Positions 54,568 through 60,925 of a stretch of 64,000 nt of DNA are shown here, in pieces (positions within the stretch are counted from its first letter, which is position 1; the number at the start of each line of letters is the position of its first letter). Below the pieces are notes generated by a model, which had not been told where the DNA came from, searched no databases, and saw only the letters and a program-made list of their open reading frames with translations. The position numbers and the translations under genes are program-made. The DNA is from a virus: the IMG/VR virus record IMGVR_UViG_3300023179_000013, positions 96,001-160,000 of that record. One strand, written 5' to 3'.

Positions 54568-55439
54568 AAACATCAATTGTAACTTTTGGAAGAAATGATG
54601 GATATAAAGAAAAAGAACGTTTTCTAATTCATATGAAGGTATTATTAGATACCTTTGATGAAGTGAATTATGTTGACTGGAATTCAGATGTAGATAAGGG
54701 TAGTTTTTTATATGAAATAATAGATGACTTACCTAAAACAGGTAAAATAAAACACTTTGTTGTTCCTCCGGATGCTCATAATTTTTTATTTAACGGAATA
54801 AAAGGAGTACCTAAAGTAGTAAATAATCTAGCTTTTAATCTTGCTTTAAAAAGAACAGATGCTGATTGGGTTGCTTCAACAACATTAGATAATATCCCAC
54901 CATTAAGAGAAGAACTGGAGGAATTTATAAAAAATAGCAAGAAAGATACATTCTATACATTTAGTAGAAGGGATGCGGACTATGATGAAGTAGTAAAACA
55001 TCAAGATAATCTAATCGAATATAGAAAATATCTAGGAACAATAACAGAACCTAGATATTTCCCAGCAAGAGTAACCCCAAATGATGAATATAGTATTATT
55101 AATTGCTGTGGTGATTTTCAATTTGCTCCTAGAAAAATATGGCATGATATTAAAGGGATAGAAGAGAGAATGGTATTTAACTGCTTTATAGACACCAACA
55201 CACAGAAAAAAGTGGTATTGAATGGTTATAATTTAGAAGTAATATATGATATTCCTATGTATCATATGTCTCATGTAAATAAATTACCACAAGGAAATAA
55301 CGGGGTTGTTCATGAAGCTGCTGAAAAAGAACCACCTGTTTACAATGATGCTTGGTATTGGGTTGAGGAATTTAAAGAATCTGAGAATGAAAATTCATGG
55401 GGATTTGGAGATACAGAAATTGAATTTGAGATTTTTTAA
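54564..55439 (+). CDS. Putative GT-A glycosyltransferase
   Basis: GRNDGY, VDWNS, N....R, CGDFQ, YHMSH. Confidence 0.6.
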   Translation: MKTSIVTFGRNDGYKEKERFLIHMKVLLDTFDEVNYVDWNSDVDKGSFLYEIIDDLPKTGKIKHFVVPPDAHNFLFNGIKGVPKVVNNLAFNLALKRTDADWVASTTLDNIPPLREELEEFIKNSKKDTFYTFSRRDADYDEVVKHQDNLIEYRKYLGTITEPRYFPARVTPNDEYSIINCCGDFQFAPRKIWHDIKGIEERMVFNCFIDTNTQKKVVLNGYNLEVIYDIPMYHMSHVNKLPQGNNGVVHEAAEKEPPVYNDAWYWVEEFKESENENSWGFGDTEIEFEIF

Positions 55440-55463
55440 AATATTTATAAGAAACCTCCGTCT

Positions 55464-56003
55464 ATGCCTCGCCTCCGTCGCTCCAAATTAGACCCATTAA
55501 GTAGAATCATGACTCTCGGTGATATAGAAACCGATATAGTGAATGAATTAATTCACAACATATATGAGATAAATGAGGAGGACGCAAAAAAACAAACTAC
55601 AGAACCAATAAGGCTCATTATCAATTCATCTGGTGGGGAAATATATAGTGGACTTGCTTTAATTGATGTAATTAGTACTTCGTTGACTCCAATCCACACA
55701 ATGTGTCATGGTGCTGCCATGTCTATGGGATTGATAGTATTTGCTGCTGGTCATCACAGAACAGCGAGCCCTAATGCTACATTCATGTATCATGAAGCTA
55801 TGTATGGTCTTGAGGGAAAAACAGCATACCATAGGCAAGAAATGAAAGAAGCAAATCGCATTGATAAGATATGTGATGATTACTTATTATCTCGCACTAA
55901 ATTGACACAAAAATTATTAGATAACGTTAAAAATACACAAGCAGAATGGTATTTCGATGCGAAAACAGCGTTGAAATATAATGTGGTAAATGAAATTCTG
56001 TAA
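55464..56003 (+). CDS. clpP: ClpP-family serine protease
   Basis: INSSGG, GAAMSMG (catalytic Ser), FMYHE (catalytic His). Confidence 0.85.
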   Translation: MPRLRRSKLDPLSRIMTLGDIETDIVNELIHNIYEINEEDAKKQTTEPIRLIINSSGGEIYSGLALIDVISTSLTPIHTMCHGAAMSMGLIVFAAGHHRTASPNATFMYHEAMYGLEGKTAYHRQEMKEANRIDKICDDYLLSRTKLTQKLLDNVKNTQAEWYFDAKTALKYNVVNEIL

Positions 56004-56041
56004 CCCTTTCATATATTTATATGTATAAAACCATACTAAAA

Positions 56042-56419
56042 GTGAAACAATACATTAACGAAGCAAAAAGAATGCAGCAATTAGCTGGATTATTAAAAGA
56101 AAATCAAAATTCTCCTCGAATTTATGATGAAGCTATTAATTATGCATATGAAATGACCCCAGAAATGATGTACGAGGATGGGGAGTTTGGAGATGATGTA
56201 GAAAGCATACTTCAAGCAGAAGATGAATTTAAATCCCTCTTACGAGCAGAACAAATCAACCCTGCTAGTACTTTAGCTTATCGCAGATATTGGGAAAATG
56301 CACTCAAACATGCTAAAGGACAGGGAGATATTGAAGTAGCAGACTTTATGATTTGGTTTAAAGATGTAGCAGTTGAATCCTCAGCTTATTATGATGCTTT
56401 TAATGATATTATAGGCTGA
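56042..56419 (+). CDS. Acidic hypothetical protein with N-terminal INEAKRMQQLAGL motif
   Basis: GTG 56042 is preferred because ATG 56021 overlaps the promoter motif. Confidence 0.55.
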   Translation: MKQYINEAKRMQQLAGLLKENQNSPRIYDEAINYAYEMTPEMMYEDGEFGDDVESILQAEDEFKSLLRAEQINPASTLAYRRYWENALKHAKGQGDIEVADFMIWFKDVAVESSAYYDAFNDIIG

Positions 56420-56448
56420 TCACAAAGAAATATAAAAATAAAATAAAA

Positions 56449-56736
56449 ATGGCAAATCCAAAACTTAGAGTAGACGTAAATCATAACCCAACTAAAAAGG
56501 GTATTAAAGTTCAATTCGTAATGCCTGAAACATTAGAGGGTGATGCTAAAGCTGAGATTACTCAGAAATTGCAATCTAAGTTAAATCAAGGATTGGCTCA
56601 ATATAACTTAACAGTTAGCCAAGACACAGACGTGCCTTATGCTAACGTAATTGGCTTCTTAATCCCAATTGCTGATGTTAAATTAATGATTAAGAATGCT
56701 ATTTCAGGTGGTGGCAGCAGCGCACCAACAGTTTAA
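56449..56736 (+). CDS. Hypothetical protein
   Basis: 95 aa ORF with A-rich leader. Confidence 0.6.
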   Translation: MANPKLRVDVNHNPTKKGIKVQFVMPETLEGDAKAEITQKLQSKLNQGLAQYNLTVSQDTDVPYANVIGFLIPIADVKLMIKNAISGGGSSAPTV

Positions 56737-56753
56737 TTACCCAAAAAACGGTT

Positions 56754-57074
56754 ATGGCTAAAATAAAACGTAAAATGAGGAGAAAAATCCCTGTGCTTCG
56801 CGTTAAAATAGAGCCAGGAGCAAATTATTCTCAGTTAGCAGAAATACCAGAAGTTCAAAAAGTAGTTATAGAAGAAGCAATATATGCTATTAAAGATGGT
56901 CTTGCTCGAAATAAATCTTCCATCTCTCTATTTGAAGTAGCCTATTCAGATTATTATATTGAGTTAGAAAAACCAAAATGGAAACCTACTCTTGAAAAGG
57001 TACTTGAATACTACGTCGAGAAAGAGGAGTATGATAAGTGTATCGAAACAAGAGATTTAATTAGTAAATTATGA
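56754..57074 (+). CDS. Hypothetical protein with C-terminal UVR-like motif
   Basis: YVEKEEYDKCIETRDL. Confidence 0.55.
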   Translation: MAKIKRKMRRKIPVLRVKIEPGANYSQLAEIPEVQKVVIEEAIYAIKDGLARNKSSISLFEVAYSDYYIELEKPKWKPTLEKVLEYYVEKEEYDKCIETRDLISKL

Positions 57075-57505
57075 ATGACGGAGAAAAACACGCTGAAGGA
57101 ATTAAAAACTCCATTGATGGCATTATAGGTGTTGATACAACACTCAAATTAAAGAAGAAAACAGAAGACGACATTCAAAGAGAAAAATTTGAACAAGTTA
57201 TCCGTTTAGTACAAGAAATAGAAACACGTGGTGTATTAATGGCTGAAGAATTACAAGTTGATTTTTCAACATATGATGAGAAATTCTACAACGCTATTGA
57301 TATAATGTTTGAATTACATTTTGGAAAGGAAGCAGCCGAAATTATATTTTTTTACTTATACGAACGAACCAATCCAGATGGCTCCACTAATGATATATTA
57401 GATGCTAATGATTATGCTATTCCATTAGATACAGTTGCTGACCTATGGTCAGTAGTTAAATTAGCCCAATCCAAACAAAAGCTTGGAAGGCAAAAAAAGA
57501 AGTAG
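57071..57505 (+). CDS. Hypothetical protein
   Basis: 144 aa ORF, ATGA-coupled. Confidence 0.6.
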   Translation: MNDGEKHAEGIKNSIDGIIGVDTTLKLKKKTEDDIQREKFEQVIRLVQEIETRGVLMAEELQVDFSTYDEKFYNAIDIMFELHFGKEAAEIIFFYLYERTNPDGSTNDILDANDYAIPLDTVADLWSVVKLAQSKQKLGRQKKK

Positions 57506-57523
57506 TATATTTACCTAAACAAA

Positions 57524-57694
57524 ATGAAGTATATGAAAAAGATGATCGCAGTTGCAATGATTGCAACATTTGTAGTAGCTTGTACAAACGGTACAACTAA
57601 CACATCAACCACTACAACTGATTCAACTAAAGTTGACAGCACTGTAGTAACCAAAGACACTACTGTAGTAGCTGATACTACTAGTGCAAAGTAA
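57524..57694 (+). CDS. Small Thr-rich lipoprotein (not in ORF track)
   Basis: MKKMIAVAMIATFVVA-C followed by DST, DST, DTT, DTT; own promoter (57482-57513) and terminator. Confidence 0.75.
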   Translation: MKYMKKMIAVAMIATFVVACTNGTTNTSTTTTDSTKVDSTVVTKDTTVVADTTSAK

Positions 57695-57697
57695 TTA

Positions 57698-57729
57698 TTA
57701 GTGGGGCTTCGGCCCCCTAATTTTATTTT
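57698..57729 (+). terminator. Intrinsic terminator
   Basis: GGGGC-TTCG-GCCCC hairpin plus T-rich tract. Confidence 0.8.
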
Positions 57730-58332
57730 ATGCCTGCACCTAAACCACTTACTAAAGACGATATTTTAAAAGCAATGCGATTCACAAAATCGAATCGTGC
57801 TGCGGCTAGATATTTAGGTTGCTCGTATCAACACTACAAACCATTCGCTAAATTATTTCGAGTAGATGAGGGTGATCCAAATTCACCTACACTATTCGAC
57901 TCCCATAAAAACCAATCAGGCAAAGGCATTCCCAAGTTCCTACCTAATCGAAGAAAAGAACCAAACGTCAAACTTATCTTCGAAACAGGTACAGGTTGGG
58001 AATCCTTTACACCTGAAAAAATTAAAGCAAGAGGTGTAGCTGAGGGTTATTTGAAGGAAGAATGTTATCAATGTGGGTTCTGTGAGCGTAGAGTAACTGA
58101 TTATAAAACACCTCTACTACTCAATTTCAAGGATGGTAATAAAAATAACTATCTGCTTAATAATCTAGAATTATTATGCTATAATGATTATTTTCTACTT
58201 GTAGCTGACCCATTAACACCAGATCAAGTACGCCATATTGAAGATAACCAAACACCTAAAGCAACAGCACATGAATGGGATTTAGATGAAGCACATTTAG
58301 AAAACATGAGAGCATTAGGATTATTGGATTAG
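57730..58332 (+). CDS. HTH plus degenerate HNH-like protein
   Basis: SNRAAARYLGCSY HTH; CYQC...DGNKNN..L.NL.LLC without the catalytic histidines. Confidence 0.6.
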   Translation: MPAPKPLTKDDILKAMRFTKSNRAAARYLGCSYQHYKPFAKLFRVDEGDPNSPTLFDSHKNQSGKGIPKFLPNRRKEPNVKLIFETGTGWESFTPEKIKARGVAEGYLKEECYQCGFCERRVTDYKTPLLLNFKDGNKNNYLLNNLELLCYNDYFLLVADPLTPDQVRHIEDNQTPKATAHEWDLDEAHLENMRALGLLD

Positions 58333-58369
58333 TCAAAATAAAATCTTATATTTAACTAAATAAAATAAA

Positions 58370-58663
58370 ATGAACGGTTTACACAATCAATTTGCTGGGT
58401 TTGAATTGCCCGAAGAAATGAAACAAATGTATCGAGCAGGTTTCCAACCATTTGGACCTAAAAACATAGCTAAATTAGCTCTATTCCTCCAGGAAAGTAA
58501 AGTAGATAACTTCAATGAAGTATATGACTACTATTTATCCCTCAAACCACAACGTTTGGAAGGTGAATCAGATGCTGAATTGAAAAACCGCTCCAACTTC
58601 ACTAAAGCGCTTCAGAAAAATAAACAATATTTCTACAATTATTCAGTATACGAAAACAAATAA
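58370..58663 (+). CDS. Hypothetical protein
   Basis: 97 aa ORF after promoter 58323-58354. Confidence 0.6.
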   Translation: MNGLHNQFAGFELPEEMKQMYRAGFQPFGPKNIAKLALFLQESKVDNFNEVYDYYLSLKPQRLEGESDAELKNRSNFTKALQKNKQYFYNYSVYENK

Positions 58664-58667
58664 AGTT

Positions 58668-58886
58668 ATGGCAAATTTCTTTCAAGTAAAAGTACAGTTT
58701 ACTGTTGAAGACAGTAAAGGTAAAGTAAAAAAACAAAACGTATTGTATCTGGTAGACGCTCAGTCAGTGACTGAAGCTGAAGCCCGTACCGTTCAATTCT
58801 TAACCGCTAATGGCGAACAAGAATTTGAAGTGAAAGCCGCTTCGGAATCTCCCATTGTACAGGTAGTTACATCAACACAGAAGTAA
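58668..58886 (+). CDS. DUF4494-like protein (Bacteroidetes-associated family)
   Basis: F.VKV...GK.KK...YLVDA.S.TEAEAR. Confidence 0.7.
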   Translation: MANFFQVKVQFTVEDSKGKVKKQNVLYLVDAQSVTEAEARTVQFLTANGEQEFEVKAASESPIVQVVTSTQK

Positions 58887-58895
58887 TTACTGGAT

Positions 58896-58969
58896 CGGGA
58901 TTTAGTACAGTCCGGTAGTATGCTTGGTTTGGGACCAAGAGGTCGTAGGTTCGAATCCTGCAATCCCGA
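58896..58969 (+). tRNA. tRNA-Pro(TGG)
   Basis: CGGGATT/AATCCCG acceptor, CTTGG-TTTGGGA-CCAAG anticodon arm, TTCGAAT T-loop. Confidence 0.93.
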
Positions 58970-58974
58970 CATAA

Positions 58975-59075
58975 TGAGAGGAGTAGACGAAAATCCTACA
59001 CATAGTAAGGTGTACAACTTGCTGTTGATGGAGAAGTAGAAACATTGGAGGAAGTAATTAATTCTCCCCTCTCAA
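58975..59075 (+). ncRNA. Unclassified structured RNA with tRNA-like termini
   Basis: TGAGAGG/CCTCTCA 7-bp closing stem followed by ACA; internal hairpins; no TTCG T-loop. Confidence 0.45.
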
Positions 59076-59078
59076 CAT

Positions 59079-59150
59079 GCTCTGTTCGAATAAGGGTTAG
59101 TTCACCTCCCTTTCACGGAGGTAATACGGGTTCGAATCCCGTACAGAGTA
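59079..59150 (+). tRNA. tRNA-Glu(TTC)
   Basis: CCTCC-CTTTCAC-GGAGG anticodon arm, TTCGAAT T-loop. Confidence 0.93.
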
Positions 59151-59185
59151 CCTGAAGACGGTGCGATAAGCATTGATGCCACGTC

Positions 59186-59286
59186 TGACCCTTAGCTCAG
59201 TAGGTTAGAGCAAACTTATAGTACTCACGCCACTACAAGCGTCGAGGAAATAAGTCGTGCCGCTGGTTCGATTCCAGCAGGGTCAG
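59186..59286 (+). ncRNA. tRNA-like RNA with enlarged anticodon arm
   Basis: Intact acceptor, D and T arms; ~43 nt structured segment replaces the 17 nt anticodon arm. Confidence 0.75.
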
Positions 59287-59305
59287 CAAATTGATCTTTG
59301 AAATT

Positions 59306-59380
59306 GGACCCTTAGCTCAGTTGGTTAGCAGCGGCGCGCTCATAACGCGAAGGTCGTAGGTTCAAGTCCTACAGGGTCCA
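59306..59380 (+). tRNA. tRNA with CAT anticodon (Ile2 or elongator Met)
   Basis: GGACCCT/AGGGTCC acceptor, CGCG-CTCATAA-CGCG. Confidence 0.9.
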
Positions 59381-59385
59381 CGTTC

Positions 59386-59457
59386 GGTCCTGTAGTTCAA
59401 CGGATAGAACAGCTGCCTTCTAAGCAGCGGATACAAGTTCGATTCTTGTCGGGACTA
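59386..59457 (+). tRNA. tRNA-Arg(TCT)
   Basis: GCTGC-CTTCTAA-GCAGC anticodon arm. Confidence 0.93.
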
Positions 59458-59463
59458 CAAAAA

Positions 59464-59495
59464 TTTGGAAGGCAAATATATAGTTCTTACATTTA
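59464..59495 (+). promoter_or_regulatory. Bacteroidetes-type promoter (TTTG-N20-TACATTTA)
   Basis: Ends 6 nt before tRNA-Leu. Confidence 0.6.
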
Positions 59496-59501
59496 ATGTA
59501 T

Positions 59502-59590
59502 GCCCTGGTGGTGAAATAGGTAGACACGCAAGACTTAAAATCTTGTGACCCGCAACGGTCGTGCCGGTTCGATTCCGGCCTAGGGCACCA
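59502..59590 (+). tRNA. tRNA-Leu(TAA)
   Basis: CAAGA-CTTAAAA-TCTTG, long variable arm, encoded CCA. Confidence 0.94.
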
Positions 59591-59602
59591 ATATTTATAA
59601 GT

Positions 59603-59929
59603 ATGGCCTGTCATTGTTTACATTTAAGAGACGCTACTGAATTTTACTCGTTACTTAAACAACGTGACCCTGACTTAATCTCAAAGATGGTCAGATGTGT
59701 ACTCAGTGCTGCCAAGCGAAATAAAGATAAAATAGACATATTTGATATCACGTTTAAATCAATGGATGAATTAACATTCACTATTGATAAGTCTCAATAC
59801 AGAGAAATGTTAAGTAACTGTATGGCAGACATGATTACAGCTGAGGAATATGAATTATGTGCTGAAATCAAAAAGGTATTAGATAAGAAACCTCGCAAGT
59901 CGAGAAAGAAAAAAACAGAAGTTCTTTAA
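59603..59929 (+). CDS. Hypothetical protein with UVR-like motif (paralog-like to 56754)
   Basis: IDIFDI...TIDK and AEEYELCAEIKK; start ATG 59603. Confidence 0.6.
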   Translation: MACHCLHLRDATEFYSLLKQRDPDLISKMVRCVLSAAKRNKDKIDIFDITFKSMDELTFTIDKSQYREMLSNCMADMITAEEYELCAEIKKVLDKKPRKSRKKKTEVL

Positions 59930-59934
59930 TTTAT

Positions 59935-60296
59935 GGGGGAGCCAGGTATTGCTCCGTAATGTGAAGGTACCACTACATGCAGACGGTTGGTAGAAGTCGT
60001 CTTTAAACAAACTGCAAACAACAACTGACGAAATGTCAACAATGACCTTCGACGACCTTATGGCGTTCGTAGGTGCCGATTACGCTGTAGCAGCCTAATC
60101 CGCAAGGGGCAGCTGATAGCCTTGCAACAGAACAGCACTATAGGTTTCCTGTTTTTCCTAAAAAATAGGTGGTGGATGGCACGTTAACCAAAACTAGCGG
60201 CCCCAAATTACTGATCAGTTAATTCAGATCTAAGCATGTGATACGCTGGTGTTATTGTTCCTTACGGATACACGGGTTCGATTCCCGTCTCCTCCA
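59935..60296 (+). ncRNA. ssrA: tmRNA
   Basis: GGGGGAG/CTCCTCC-A acceptor with G3.U70, T arm ACGGG-TTCGATT-CCCGT, P2 TCCGTAA/TTACGGA, tag ORF 60027-60098 ending YAVAA*. Confidence 0.92.
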
Positions 60297-60349
60297 CAAG
60301 TACTTACTCCCCTTCCCATAAAACAGGGCGCTTAGAGTAAGTCTTTTCT

Positions 60350-60381
60350 TAAGGGTGGTTCGCTAGCGAACCGCCCTTTTT
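60350..60381 (+). terminator. Intrinsic terminator
   Basis: AAGGGTGGTTCGC/GCGAACCGCCCTT plus T tract. Confidence 0.8.
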
Positions 60382-60409
60382 GTATATTTATCCCTGATTA
60401 ATTAAAAGT

Positions 60410-60925
60410 ATGAGAACTTTATTTACAACAATATTGATATCATTATATACGGTACTAGCCGCTCAAAAAGCTGTTCCTGAGGGAGAAATAAATTCACCCA
60501 CATCTCCCTTCACCACAGTACATATTGGTACTGTTACTAATAAAGTTAAAATAGGCCCACTTACTGGAAATAAAAACTTAGCATTTGGTGTTAAAAACAT
60601 AACTGAAGAAGCTATACTAGATAAAGGATATGATTTGACTGATAGCTCAGAACTTAGATTAGATTTAGAGATAATTTATCTTGACATTCAACAAACATCA
60701 ACTGGTGTAAGTGTGTTTCATAAAACAGAAAACGAAACAATAATTAGAATAAAAGGTATTCTTTATATAAACAATAAAAAATCAAAAGAATACGTTGCAA
60801 CAGGCAAGTCCTCCGAAATATCTACATCTACAATGATTATTGATGAAGGTGGTGGTTTTAATCAAGCTTCGGCTCGTTCTGCTTTGAAAAAAACCATTAT
60901 TAACCTAATCGAAAAACTCCTATGA
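60410..60925 (+). CDS. Secreted protein (possible CsgG/LptE-like alpha/beta fold)
   Basis: Signal peptide ending A-Q; GVKNITEE, C-terminal helix SALKKTI. Confidence 0.55.
   Translation: MRTLFTTILISLYTVLAAQKAVPEGEINSPTSPFTTVHIGTVTNKVKIGPLTGNKNLAFGVKNITEEAILDKGYDLTDSSELRLDLEIIYLDIQQTSTGVSVFHKTENETIIRIKGILYINNKKSKEYVATGKSSEISTSTMIIDEGGGFNQASARSALKKTIINLIEKLL

Noticed and set aside
29946-55439. Bacterial chromosomal O-antigen or capsule locus (misassembly)
   Set aside because: Same strand, gene packing and promoter motifs as the phage genes on both sides; no export or polymerase genes recognised
18870-58332. Stop-codon reassignment (TAG or TGA), as in some large Bacteroidetes phages
   Set aside because: Conserved genes are full length in the standard code; TAG ends polB, 57071 and 57730 at sensible places, and TGA occurs in ATGA overlaps
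59152-59185. Hammerhead ribozyme (CTGAAGA followed by a hairpin)
   Set aside because: The required GAAA after stem II is absent (reads GATG); only a small spacer hairpin is supported
59229-59240. CTA in the distal loop of the tRNA-like RNA as an amber suppressor anticodon
   Set aside because: The loop is 8 nt without U33, the arm is too long for normal decoding, and there is no sign of TAG recoding
59561-59602. Listed start of ORF 59561-59929
   Set aside because: Overlaps tRNA-Leu; ATG 59603 after the ATATTTATA motif is more plausible
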